64,000 nucleotides of DNA from an uncultured delta proteobacterium (GCA_963848135.1 CAWKCK010000017.1:372001-436000); one strand, 5' to 3'; positions 47,605 to 57,607 are shown, counted from the first letter of the stretch. Made by a program: numbers and translations. Notes: generated from the letters alone by a model not told the origin.

Positions 47605-49176
47605 ATGTACCTTGTAACCGCAAAGGAAATGCAGGAGATGGACCACCGAACGATTGAATCATTCGGATTACCCGGGAGAATCCTCATGGAAAATGCCGGA
47701 CGCGGTGCTGCCGATTTTTTCCTCGAAACGTTCCCGGATATGATCAAGCGCAAGGTTGGTATCATCGCAGGCCGGGGAAACAATGGCGGAGACGGATTCG
47801 TGATCGCCCGTTACCTGGCCGGCAAGGATATCAATGTCACCGTTTATCTGCTGACAGACACCTCACGCCTGGCAGGAGATGCCGCCGCCAATTTTGAACT
47901 GCTGGCACCACTGGGTATTGCAATGATGGTCATACCGGATCCGGATGCATTCGATCACGCCAAAGATTCCATGCGCCGCAAAGATATATGGGTCGATGCT
48001 ATATTGGGCACCGGATTAAAATCGGATGTCCGCGGTTATTATCGCGAGGCCATCGACTTCATAAACAGCCTCGACAAACCGGTTCTTTCGGTCGATATCC
48101 CCTCAGGTTTAAATGCCGATACCGGCCAGCCATGTGGAACCAGCATACGTGCCTGTACCACCGCAACCTTCGCCTTTGCCAAAACTGGCCATTATCAATA
48201 TCCCGGTGCTGCGTTGACTGGCAAACTGAGAGTTATCGATATCGGCATACCACCTCACATCGCCGAAGAGGTCGACCCCAAGCAATACCTCCTTACACTT
48301 GGTGATATTCGCGGCTATTTCCAACCCCGGCCACAAAATACCCACAAAGGCCGAACCGGCCATGCGTTGGTTCTCGCCGGATCACCGGGTAAATCCGGTG
48401 CGGCAACCATGACCGCCGCTGCAGCCATGCGCGCCGGCGCCGGCCTGGTAACATTGGGAGTGCCGCAAAGTCTCGAACCGATTGTAGCTTCTCAAACACT
48501 GGAAGTGATGACTGCCGCATTGCCTGAAACCGACGGTGGATTTCTTGGAGAGGCATCGTTGGAAGTTATCCTTCGGTTGCTCGGAGGCAAACGCTGTCTG
48601 GCTATGGGGCCGGGCATGGGGCAACCTGACGAAACCAGATCCCTTGTGTACCAGCTGTTGGAACAGTGCCGACTACCAATGGTAATCGATGCCGACGGAC
48701 TGAATAATATCGCCGGTGCAACGGATAGACTCCGACGATGTAAGGCACCTGTGGTCATCACACCCCACCCCGGTGAAATGGCCCGCCTGGCTGAAACAAG
48801 CATCAAAACCGTTCAGGAAAATCGCATCGCATGCGCCCGAGACTTTTCGCGGGCCTTCAAGGTCCACGTTGTATTGAAAGGCGCCGGAACGGTCATCGCC
48901 CATCCCGACGGTTTTGTCTTTACCAATTCAACCGGCAATCCCGGAATGGCCGCTGGTGGCATGGGAGATGTTCTGACCGGCCTGATCACCGGTTTCATCG
49001 CCCAAGGGTATCCCATCGAAGCCGCTTGTCATCTCGGTGTTTACCTTCACGGTGCAGCCGCCGATACCCTTGCTGCGAAAAATGGTCCCTGGGGGTATCT
49101 CGCTTCAGATCTTATCGGCAAAATCCCTTCAGAAATATTATCTCGTTCGGCCTATCCGGTAGCCGCAAAACCTTAG
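47605..49176 (+). CDS. nnr: Bifunctional NAD(P)H-hydrate epimerase/dehydratase
   Basis: LMENAG, GNNGGDG, DIPSG, DADGL, TPHPGEM, GGMGDVL. Confidence 0.95.
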   Translation: MYLVTAKEMQEMDHRTIESFGLPGRILMENAGRGAADFFLETFPDMIKRKVGIIAGRGNNGGDGFVIARYLAGKDINVTVYLLTDTSRLAGDAAANFELLAPLGIAMMVIPDPDAFDHAKDSMRRKDIWVDAILGTGLKSDVRGYYREAIDFINSLDKPVLSVDIPSGLNADTGQPCGTSIRACTTATFAFAKTGHYQYPGAALTGKLRVIDIGIPPHIAEEVDPKQYLLTLGDIRGYFQPRPQNTHKGRTGHALVLAGSPGKSGAATMTAAAAMRAGAGLVTLGVPQSLEPIVASQTLEVMTAALPETDGGFLGEASLEVILRLLGGKRCLAMGPGMGQPDETRSLVYQLLEQCRLPMVIDADGLNNIAGATDRLRRCKAPVVITPHPGEMARLAETSIKTVQENRIACARDFSRAFKVHVVLKGAGTVIAHPDGFVFTNSTGNPGMAAGGMGDVLTGLITGFIAQGYPIEAACHLGVYLHGAAADTLAAKNGPWGYLASDLIGKIPSEILSRSAYPVAAKP

Positions 49177-49271
49177 CCGGACCGACCCGCCGAATCGCTC
49201 TCTCCGCATATTTTAAGGACATATTTCAACCTGTTGAAATAAATGGTTAAATAGCGTTGGGAAAAATATCA

Positions 49272-49769
49272 ATGAATCGCCTCCAAATAACACTAAAGAC
49301 ATGTTCATCCAGCCAAACCCAAGCACTCGGTGAAAAAATAGGCACTCTTCTCCGGGATGGGCTGGTAATGGCATTGACCGGAGATCTTGGAAGCGGAAAA
49401 ACAACCTTTGTTCAAGGGCTTGCAAAGGGCTTGCAAGTGCCGGCTGAATATTATATCACCAGCCCCACATTTACCCTGATCAACGAATATCCGGGACGAT
49501 TGCGCCTTCATCACGTCGACCTCTACCGTATCGGCGCCCCTGAGGAGGCAGATGACATCGGGTTGCCTGATATCATGGGTGGAGATGGCGTTACAGTCAT
49601 CGAATGGGCTGAACGGATTCAATCCGAACTGCCGGAGGACAAGTTGCAGATCCATTTCGAAATATCGGACCGCCAATCCCGAAACATGACGGTAATCGCC
49701 ACTGGATCTGTGGCCACCACTATGCTAAAACGCATCGCTAAAACAGTTGAGGAGAAAAAATGGGGTTGA
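49272..49769 (+). CDS. tsaE: tRNA t6A biosynthesis ATPase TsaE
   Basis: GDLGSGKT, SPTFTL, HVDLYR, IEWA. Confidence 0.95.
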   Translation: MNRLQITLKTCSSSQTQALGEKIGTLLRDGLVMALTGDLGSGKTTFVQGLAKGLQVPAEYYITSPTFTLINEYPGRLRLHHVDLYRIGAPEEADDIGLPDIMGGDGVTVIEWAERIQSELPEDKLQIHFEISDRQSRNMTVIATGSVATTMLKRIAKTVEEKKWG

Positions 49770-50980
49770 TTGTGCAGAAGTACGGCGGAACTTCGGTTGC
49801 GGACCTGGAACGGATCCGCAACGTTGCCAAACGGGTGGCGTTCGCCTATGACGGCGGCAACGATGTTGTGGTCGTCATTTCAGCAATGGCTGGTACCACC
49901 GATAGCCTGGTCAAAATGGCGGCTCAGATCAGTAACAGACCCGAAAAGAGAGAGCTGGACGTTCTATTGGCCACCGGTGAACAAACCACAGCCGCCCTGC
50001 TGGCCATGACGCTGAACTCTATGAATTATCCGGCCCGATCCTTACTGGGATTTCAGGCCGAAGTTCACACCAACTGCGACTATGGCAATGCGCGAATTAT
50101 GGACATCGGCACCGAACGCATCAAACAACTGATGACCGGCCGCAATATCATCGTCGTAGCTGGTTTTCAGGGTTGTGATCCTGAAGGCAACATTACCACG
50201 TTGGGCCGCGGTGGTTCGGACACCTCTGCAGTGGCAATTGCGGCGGCGTTGAAAGCGGACATTTGTGAAATTTTCACCGATGTTGATGGCATTTATACCG
50301 CCGATCCCAACATTTGTCCCAAGGCGCGTAAACTCAAGGTTGTATCTTACGACGAGATGCTGAATATGGCCAGTCTGGGCGCCAAGGTCCTGCAAATACG
50401 ATCGGTGGGATTTGCAAAAAAGTTCAATGTTCCTGTGCACGTCAGATCATCCTTTAATGAAGAGGAAGGGACTATGGTCATTAATGAAGATTCCGGCATG
50501 GAGAAACTGATCGTTACGGCGGTTACACACGATAAAGACCAAGCCCGCATCACACTCAAGAAGGTTCCCGACCAACCGGGTATTGCGGCGAAAATCTTCA
50601 CCCCTATTGCCAATGCGGGAATCGTCGTGGATATGATCATTCAGAACACCCGCGCCAAGGGTAAGACCGATCTAACATTCACGGTACCGATATCAGATTA
50701 TGAAAGAGCCATGGAAATCGAGACCGTTGTCGCCGCGGAGATCGGTGCCGAAAAAGTGTTTGGTGGTAAAAATATCGCCAAGGTCTCGGTAATCGGCGTG
50801 GGGATGAGAAACCACTCCGGTGTGGCCTCCATCATGTTCAATATTCTCGCCCAGGAAAACGTTAACATAATCATGATCAGCACATCTGAAATCCGGATCT
50901 CCTGTGTCATCGAGGAAAAATATACCGAACTGGCCGTACGGGTCCTGCACACGGCTTTCGGGTTGGACCGGGAGGATTAA
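49760..50980 (+). CDS. lysC: Aspartate kinase
   Basis: KYGGTS, TTLGRGGSD, two ACT domains. Confidence 0.96.
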   Translation: MGLIVQKYGGTSVADLERIRNVAKRVAFAYDGGNDVVVVISAMAGTTDSLVKMAAQISNRPEKRELDVLLATGEQTTAALLAMTLNSMNYPARSLLGFQAEVHTNCDYGNARIMDIGTERIKQLMTGRNIIVVAGFQGCDPEGNITTLGRGGSDTSAVAIAAALKADICEIFTDVDGIYTADPNICPKARKLKVVSYDEMLNMASLGAKVLQIRSVGFAKKFNVPVHVRSSFNEEEGTMVINEDSGMEKLIVTAVTHDKDQARITLKKVPDQPGIAAKIFTPIANAGIVVDMIIQNTRAKGKTDLTFTVPISDYERAMEIETVVAAEIGAEKVFGGKNIAKVSVIGVGMRNHSGVASIMFNILAQENVNIIMISTSEIRISCVIEEKYTELAVRVLHTAFGLDRED

Positions 50981-51056
50981 CCGGCACATTCTTGCCACTT
51001 TGAAAAAAAAGAAAGTGTCAAGCGAATCGGCCCTTTCATTCGGTGTTGCAATAAAG

Positions 51057-51152
51057 GTGAAAAAATTCAATCCCGATCAGATGATCGTCGTGGTCCTGTT
51101 GGCTCTACTGATACTCGGTGTGATCCTTTACCGGAGGATGTTTTTTTTCTAA
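51057..51152 (+). CDS. Possible small single-TM protein (31 aa)
   Basis: GTG start; MKKFNPDQMIVVVLLALLILGVILYRRMFFF. Confidence 0.4.
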   Translation: MKKFNPDQMIVVVLLALLILGVILYRRMFFF

Positions 51153-51247
51153 ATTGTACCCATCCACTAGCAGATTAAAAAATCCTAAGACCCACCGCCT
51201 TGTTGGAGAACGTTCTCGATTGAGCCTAAAGGAAAGGAACCCTGAAT

Positions 51248-51802
51248 TTGGAAAATCTTATCCCCAGGAGAATATTTTTCACCAAAGGTGTCGGATATCA
51301 CCGCAACAAGCTGCAGAGCTTTGAACTGGCACTGCGTGACGCTGGTATTGAAAAGTGTAACCTGGTCTATGTCTCCAGTATCTTTCCGCCTGACTGCAAG
51401 ATCGTTTCGCGGGAGGCCGGCATCAATTCTCTCAAACCCGGCCAAGTCACCTTTGCGGTCTTGGCTCGGGAAGGAACGGATGAACCCAATCGTCTGGTCT
51501 CGGCCGCCATCGGGTTGGCTCGCCCTAAAAATCATCAACAATACGGATATATCTCAGAGCACCACGGGTTTGGGGAAACGATGAAGAAGTCGGCTGATTT
51601 TGCCGAAGATCTTGCGGCGACCATGTTGGCATCAACCTTAGGGATAGAATTGGACCCGAATGTAGCCTGGAATGAACGCAAGCAGGTCTACCAAGTCGGC
51701 CAGAGGTTGTTTGTCACCCGCAGCATCGCCCAATCGGCCAAAGGCCACAAGAACGGCCTCTGGACCACGGTCATCGCCAGTGCCGTCATGCTGCTGACCT
51801 GA
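51248..51802 (+). CDS. Pyruvoyl-dependent arginine decarboxylase
   Basis: SFELALRDAGI, NLVYVSSIFP (Ser-Ser autocleavage site), GYISEHH. Confidence 0.92.
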   Translation: MENLIPRRIFFTKGVGYHRNKLQSFELALRDAGIEKCNLVYVSSIFPPDCKIVSREAGINSLKPGQVTFAVLAREGTDEPNRLVSAAIGLARPKNHQQYGYISEHHGFGETMKKSADFAEDLAATMLASTLGIELDPNVAWNERKQVYQVGQRLFVTRSIAQSAKGHKNGLWTTVIASAVMLLT

Positions 51803-51864
51803 GTCAACCAATGCATCCATCTTGTGACTTACGGCCACACATAAACAGATGAGGACATTTCGTC

Positions 51865-52935
51865 ATGCCGTCCCACTCGATGTTCAAAGATCACCCGGAT
51901 ATTGTTCCCCCTTATCTCTCGGGTAAAATGACTGTTTCCGAACTTGTTGACACGATGGGTCAAACATCCTTTGAGGCCAGGAATGTGTACCGTGCGGCCC
52001 AATTATTGAATCGCATGGTGTCAGACGGCGATGTCATCTGGCTCGGCATCGCCGGCGCCGGGGTCGCAGGAGGTATGGGGGGGATGATCATCTCTCTTAT
52101 CGAGGCCGGTGTCATCGATGTGATCTGTTCAACCGGTGCACAAGTTTACCACGACCTGCACTTCGCCTTCGGGCTTCCGGTCAAAGCCATTTCCCCTGCC
52201 TGGGACGACGAAGCCCTGCGTAAACATGGCGACACACGTATCTACGACATCGGTATTCGAGAGAAGGAAACCCTTGAAGCTCAGGATGAGATCATTCGTC
52301 GTTTTGTTCAGGAAAGTTATCCAGGTCACTTTGCCGGACGGACGCTGTCCAGCTGGGAATTCAACCGGGCGTTGGGTCTCTGGGTCACAGAAAAGTGCAC
52401 CTTCCCCCAACGCAGTTTTGTCGCCGCAGCCGCCAAACACGGTGTCCCCATATTCTGGGATTCATTGGCCAATCATTCCATCGCCATGAACCTTGTGCTG
52501 AGTGACCGCTTGGGATACCCGGTCGTGCTGTCCGCCCAGAAGGATATCTTCGACGCAGCGGCCATCGTCTTTTCCTCCGATCAAACCGGATTTATAGAAC
52601 TGGGTGGCGGTGGACCCAAGAACTTCATCCAACAGACCAGCCCGACCATAAGCCAGATACTCGGTATTGATTTTGAGGGTGCCGATCGTGGCCTTCAAAT
52701 TGGAACGGCGGTTGAACGGGAAGGCAGCTTGTCCGGTTGCACCTTCAGCGAATCGGTGACTTGGGGCAAATACCGTGCGGTGGACGACGAAAAACTGATC
52801 CAGATCTGGGGGGAATACAGCATTATTTTTCCCATTCTGGCCGCCTATATATTGGAAAAAAATTCCGCAAGGCCACTGAAAACCATCAATGACCAAATAG
52901 CAACATTTGCGAAAAAATTGGAGCAGGCCCGTTGA
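51865..52935 (+). CDS. Deoxyhypusine synthase-like protein (SpeY-like)
   Basis: STGA..YHD, GGGGPKNF, GSLSG...ESVTWGK with conserved Lys. Confidence 0.88.
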   Translation: MPSHSMFKDHPDIVPPYLSGKMTVSELVDTMGQTSFEARNVYRAAQLLNRMVSDGDVIWLGIAGAGVAGGMGGMIISLIEAGVIDVICSTGAQVYHDLHFAFGLPVKAISPAWDDEALRKHGDTRIYDIGIREKETLEAQDEIIRRFVQESYPGHFAGRTLSSWEFNRALGLWVTEKCTFPQRSFVAAAAKHGVPIFWDSLANHSIAMNLVLSDRLGYPVVLSAQKDIFDAAAIVFSSDQTGFIELGGGGPKNFIQQTSPTISQILGIDFEGADRGLQIGTAVEREGSLSGCTFSESVTWGKYRAVDDEKLIQIWGEYSIIFPILAAYILEKNSARPLKTINDQIATFAKKLEQAR

Positions 52936-53855
52936 AACTCCACCCGCAACCGTTTCTCGACCCCGGTTTCGAGTACACCGCTTTTGAACGTGCCGCCGTG
53001 GTCATCCTGCCGGTCCCTTACGAAGGCGGTATCAGTTACGGTACCGGCACCGCCCGGGCGCCTGAGGCGATAATCGCCGCTTCACACCAGTTGGAACTCT
53101 ATGACGAGGTGCTGAAGCGCGAGTCTTTCCGCATGGGAATCGCTACGGTTATGCCGCCGGAATTGCCCACAGACCCTGCAGACGTGCAGGCGGCAATATT
53201 CCGCAGCGCCGCTGAGCTGATCGATCAAGGTAAATTCGTGGTCCTTATCGGCGGCGATCATTCGATCAGCAATGGCTTTGCCCGTGCCTTGCACGCAAAG
53301 CACGGTCGCTTGTCCGTTATTCAACTCGACGCCCACTCTGATCTGCGGGACACCTATGAAAACAACCGCTTCAGCCATGCCTGTGTGATGTCCCGCATTC
53401 GTGAACTGACCGGCAGCACCCTTCAAATCGGCATAAGAAGCATGTCCGCACAAGAGGCGCAGCGGATTGAGCGCGAAAATCTGGCGGTATGTACCATGTC
53501 GATGTACCGCAAGGGCGACTTCGATATCGATGCAGCCCTCGATGCACTTCCGGATCCGGTTTTACTGACTGTTGATGTCGACGCATTTGACTGGAGCGTC
53601 ATTCGAAGCACCGGCACACCAGAGCCGGGCGGTTTCTACTGGGATGAAGCGCTGGAATTATTGCGAAAAATTTTCGAGCGTAAAAACGTGATTGGATTCG
53701 ATGTCGTCGAGCTCTCCGCTCAGGCGCATGATACCAACTCGGCCTTTGCCGCTGCAAAGTTGATCTACAAGATGTTAGGATTCAAACTGACAGCCGCCGC
53801 CTGCAAGGGGCCTTTCGACTGGCCTGAGCGGCCCCGGGGAAGCATCTTCTGCTAA
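52932..53855 (+). CDS. speB: Agmatinase / ureohydrolase
   Basis: GGDHS, DAHSD, DVDAFD, GTPEPGG, DVVE. Confidence 0.92.
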   Translation: MKLHPQPFLDPGFEYTAFERAAVVILPVPYEGGISYGTGTARAPEAIIAASHQLELYDEVLKRESFRMGIATVMPPELPTDPADVQAAIFRSAAELIDQGKFVVLIGGDHSISNGFARALHAKHGRLSVIQLDAHSDLRDTYENNRFSHACVMSRIRELTGSTLQIGIRSMSAQEAQRIERENLAVCTMSMYRKGDFDIDAALDALPDPVLLTVDVDAFDWSVIRSTGTPEPGGFYWDEALELLRKIFERKNVIGFDVVELSAQAHDTNSAFAAAKLIYKMLGFKLTAAACKGPFDWPERPRGSIFC

Positions 53856-53937
53856 AAGGTCAGCCCCGGGGGATCCTCCGTTCAAGCGCGGCGAGCAACC
53901 CTATTTTCAGGGCCGTCGTATAAGACGGACTCTGGAA

Positions 53938-54609
53938 TCAGCCCGCCGACAACGCTTCAAATATCTCTTCGTTTGTCCGCCGAACCGCTTCGGCAATATC
54001 GGCTGCCCCCAAAATCGGTCGACCGATAACGAGAAGGTCGGCACCATTTATCACTGCCTGCGCGGGAGTCGCCGTCCGTTCTTGGTCGTCGGCTTTCATA
54101 TACCAGAGGGGTCTAATACCCGGACAAATTTTTTTAATGGCCAGACCGCGAATCCGGTGAAGGTCGACCGCCGAACAGACAAGATATTCGTACCGCGATA
54201 CAGAATCCATGGCCATCCGTGCGACCATTTCAACCAAATCACCGCCCTTGTAGTAACGGTTGAATTCCCTTTGTTCCATGGAGGTCAGAATCGTCACACC
54301 GGCCATATGGTCGCGTGGCAAACCATATTTCGTGGGATCGTAACCCGACGTACAGTGGACCGTTGTGATGTCTGCACCGGCAGCAAGGTGCATCGTCAAG
54401 GACTCTGTCATTGCAGTGGGAATATCGTAAAGTTTAAAATCGAGCATGACTCTGCCGTAGGATTTAATATCAGTCAAAGCATTTAAACCATGCTCGAGAA
54501 TGCTGCGACGGATCTTGTAACCCCATACCAAGCCTTTGGTCTTGCTCATGATCTCACAAGCCTGATCCCATGCAACGTGGTCCAGTGGTAGGATGATTCT
54601 ACTGTCCAT
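53938..54609 (-). CDS. pyrF: Orotidine-5'-phosphate decarboxylase
   Basis: LPLD, DFKLYDIP, PGIRP, DDQER, VIGRPI. Confidence 0.88.
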   Translation of the reverse strand: MDSRIILPLDHVAWDQACEIMSKTKGLVWGYKIRRSILEHGLNALTDIKSYGRVMLDFKLYDIPTAMTESLTMHLAAGADITTVHCTSGYDPTKYGLPRDHMAGVTILTSMEQREFNRYYKGGDLVEMVARMAMDSVSRYEYLVCSAVDLHRIRGLAIKKICPGIRPLWYMKADDQERTATPAQAVINGADLLVIGRPILGAADIAEAVRRTNEEIFEALSAG

Positions 54610-54620
54610 CTGCCCCCCCA

Positions 54621-54658
54621 TTCAATGACCTCCGGCAAAGCCGAAGGAATGGCTTATT
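54621..54658 (-). repeat. IS200-like terminal hairpin (copy 3)
   Basis: TTCAATGACCTCCGGCAAAGCCGAAGGAATGG nearly identical to 24796-24828. Confidence 0.7.
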
Positions 54659-54819
54659 GAGAATAGACCATAAACGAAAACGATGCCGACATAAAGATCT
54701 TTGTGTTCCTTCTCCTCTTTCAAAATAATCGATTGAAATAATGGACTTTTGAATGATATAAGGTATATTTTATCAGGCATATCCGACAAATAGCGTTCGC
54801 TTCCTGACAATGGGGCCTT

Positions 54820-56178
54820 ATGAATATTGGATTGCAACAACAGACGATACCCTCTGGAAAATATTGGATTGGAGCGACCGGCCCGATTAGGCTCCAGTCT
54901 TTTCTGGGAACCTGCGTGGGGGTCGCCGCGTATGATCCTCAAGCGGCTATCGGTGGGATGATTCATCTGCTACTGCCCGAACCGGTTGGGTCTGGATCAG
55001 AGCAGCCCGACGCCCGTTATGCCCTTACCGGTATACCTCTGTTCCTCAATGAGCTTTATCAAGCCGGAGCGACCCGGGACAACTTGACGGCCGTTATTGC
55101 CGGTGGCGCACTGGTGGGTCCACTGAACACCACCGATCTGGACTTGAATATCGGCGGCAGAACGGCAGAAGTGGTCAACACGCTTCTGGCCGAAGAGGGC
55201 ATCACCATCGCTCACTGGGAAACCGGTGGTTTTTTCACTTGCAGCTTGAGCCTCGACATGTCGAGGTTGTCTTACCACATCGAACCCCTCGGCCGAGAAG
55301 AAACCGGCGACGTTGGAACGGACCAGCCCTCCTCCCTGGAAGATATACTGCTGGACATGGAAAAGATTCAACCGATTCCGCAGGTGGCCCTGAAAATTTT
55401 GCGCATGATCGACGCCGGATCTTACGACATCAAAGCCATTTCCGAAGAAATAAAAAAAGACCAGGTCATTAGTGCCCGGACAATCCAACTTTGCAACTCG
55501 GCCCTTTTTGCAAAGAAAAACAAGATTGAATCCTTGGACCATGCACTCGTCTTTCTTGGAGAAAATCTGTTCGTTAGGATGATCATATCGGCAGCGGTGG
55601 AGAATTTCTTCGATACGTCGATGCGGGGCTATTCACTCTGCATGGGCGGCCTCTTTCATCATGCCGTCGGCACGGCGGTAATTGCCGAAAAAATCGCAGA
55701 TTACACCGGAGCTGCCGAACTTTCCACAGCCTACACAGCTGGATTGCTGCATGATATCGGTAAGGTGGTTCTCGATCAGCACATTGCTTCGGCCTATCCG
55801 CTGTTCTATCGTAAAATCAATCGAGAAGACGAGCTTTCGACCCGGGTCGAAAGAGATCTATTCGGCATTGACCACACGACTATCGGCAGCACGCTTGCCG
55901 ATTTGTGGTCTTTCCCCGAGTCGCTGAAAAGCATCATCGCCTACCACCACGAACCTGAAAAGGCACCGCAACATACCAAGCTGGTGCATATCGTCTACCT
56001 GGCCGATCTTCTCATGGCCCGATTCAATACCGGCATAGAGCTTGAGGGAATGGGCGGCGGCTCCATTGAAGATCGGCTGCGCCGGGTCGATCTTGCCCCC
56101 GGAGACCTGACAGCCATCGTCGATCTCATCCCCCAGGCACTTTTCAGCACCGATACGGAAGCGGAAGCATCAGGGTAA
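54820..56178 (+). CDS. CheD deamidase-HDOD fusion protein
   Basis: LGTCVGV...GGMIHLLLP...NIGGR (CheD); PIPQVALK, NSA, GLLHDIGK, WSFPE, YHHEP (HDOD). Confidence 0.85.
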   Translation: MNIGLQQQTIPSGKYWIGATGPIRLQSFLGTCVGVAAYDPQAAIGGMIHLLLPEPVGSGSEQPDARYALTGIPLFLNELYQAGATRDNLTAVIAGGALVGPLNTTDLDLNIGGRTAEVVNTLLAEEGITIAHWETGGFFTCSLSLDMSRLSYHIEPLGREETGDVGTDQPSSLEDILLDMEKIQPIPQVALKILRMIDAGSYDIKAISEEIKKDQVISARTIQLCNSALFAKKNKIESLDHALVFLGENLFVRMIISAAVENFFDTSMRGYSLCMGGLFHHAVGTAVIAEKIADYTGAAELSTAYTAGLLHDIGKVVLDQHIASAYPLFYRKINREDELSTRVERDLFGIDHTTIGSTLADLWSFPESLKSIIAYHHEPEKAPQHTKLVHIVYLADLLMARFNTGIELEGMGGGSIEDRLRRVDLAPGDLTAIVDLIPQALFSTDTEAEASG

Positions 56179-56183
56179 GAGTT

Positions 56184-57605
56184 ATGCATCTGAGTAATCT
56201 CCAAAAAGAAAACCTGCGCCAACTCCCAGGAGTCGACGCCATTCTTGAGATCTTAAAAGGCGCACCCTTCTTCGATGACATACCGCACACCGTCTTGATC
56301 CGCGCCATCCGGTCAGCCATCGAGGAACGACGGCAATCTATCATCCAAGATGATGGCAAACCGTTAAGCGACAGCCTTTCCGACCAGTCAATCACGACAA
56401 GTGTCAAGCGGTTCGTCGAGCGCGCATCGACCCTGAATCTGCGTCGCACAATCAATGCTACCGGAATCGTGGTTCATACAAACCTGGGCCGGTCACTTCT
56501 GGCCGAAACCGCTATTGAGAACATTATCGAAGTAAGCGGCAGGTATTCGAATCTGGAATTCGACTTAGAAAAAGGAAAACGCGGGTCTCGTTACGCCGCC
56601 GTCGAAGATATCATTTGCGAAATCAGTGGCGCCGAATCCAGCATGGTTGTCAACAACAACGCCGGCGCCGTATTGTTGGCGTTAGAGACTCTCTCCAGGA
56701 ATAAAAAGGTCATCGTATCCAGAGGCGAGTTGGTGGAAATCGGCGGATCTTTCCGTATACCGGACGTTATGGCCAAGAGCGGTGGGATTTTGTGTGAAGT
56801 CGGTACCACAAATCGCACACATCCCAGGGATTATGAAAACGCCATCGACGAGCAAACGGCCCTACTATTAAAAGTACATAAAAGCAATTACAGTGTTGTT
56901 GGATTCTCCGCAGAAGTGCCCCTGAACGAACTCGTCGAGCTGGGCCATAAACATAATCTTCCGGTCATGGAAGACCTTGGCAGTGGAACCTTTGTCGACT
57001 TTTCACGCTACGGTTTGATGAAAGAGCCGACTGTCCAGGATTCCGTCGCTGCCGGTGCCGATATCATCACATTCAGCGGTGACAAGCTTCTCGGCGGTCC
57101 CCAGGCCGGTTTGATCATCGGCAAGCGTGATTATATCGACCGCATAAAAAGAAACCCGATCAATCGCGCGCTGCGAATCGACAAGATGACGCTGGCGGCC
57201 CTCGAAGTCACGCTCCGGCTCTATCGGGATCCGCAAAAAGTGGTCCAGACGATTCCCACTCTGCGCATGCTGCTGCAACCGATCGCTGTTCTTGAAGAAA
57301 AAGCCGCCCGGTTGAAAAAGCAGCTTGAAAAAAGCGGGCAAGAGCGCGTGACAATCCGTTCACTCGATCTGGCTTCCAGACCCGGTGGCGGTTCCATGCC
57401 GATGCTGGAGCTGCCCAGCAAAGGCCTCGGCATAAAAGTGCGCGGAATGTCGGTCAACACGATTGAGAAGGCCATGCGCCGGTATTGCCCCCCCATAATT
57501 GGCAGAATCGAAGAGGACATGTTCATCATGGATATGCGCACCATCCAAGATGACGAACTGGCGCTCATTCAACACGCATTTGATAACCTATTGCAGAAGG
57601 ATTGA
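56184..57605 (+). CDS. selA: L-seryl-tRNA(Sec) selenium transferase
   Basis: INATG.VVHTNLGRS, VEIGGSFRIP, DLGSG, FSGDKLLGGPQ. Confidence 0.97.
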   Translation: MHLSNLQKENLRQLPGVDAILEILKGAPFFDDIPHTVLIRAIRSAIEERRQSIIQDDGKPLSDSLSDQSITTSVKRFVERASTLNLRRTINATGIVVHTNLGRSLLAETAIENIIEVSGRYSNLEFDLEKGKRGSRYAAVEDIICEISGAESSMVVNNNAGAVLLALETLSRNKKVIVSRGELVEIGGSFRIPDVMAKSGGILCEVGTTNRTHPRDYENAIDEQTALLLKVHKSNYSVVGFSAEVPLNELVELGHKHNLPVMEDLGSGTFVDFSRYGLMKEPTVQDSVAAGADIITFSGDKLLGGPQAGLIIGKRDYIDRIKRNPINRALRIDKMTLAALEVTLRLYRDPQKVVQTIPTLRMLLQPIAVLEEKAARLKKQLEKSGQERVTIRSLDLASRPGGGSMPMLELPSKGLGIKVRGMSVNTIEKAMRRYCPPIIGRIEEDMFIMDMRTIQDDELALIQHAFDNLLQKD

Positions 57606-57607
57606 AA

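Noticed and set aside
53938..54609. pyrF as a pseudoenzyme because of its divergent N-terminus
   Set aside because: Catalytic Lys and DxKxxD plus the PGIR and GRPI motifs are all present.
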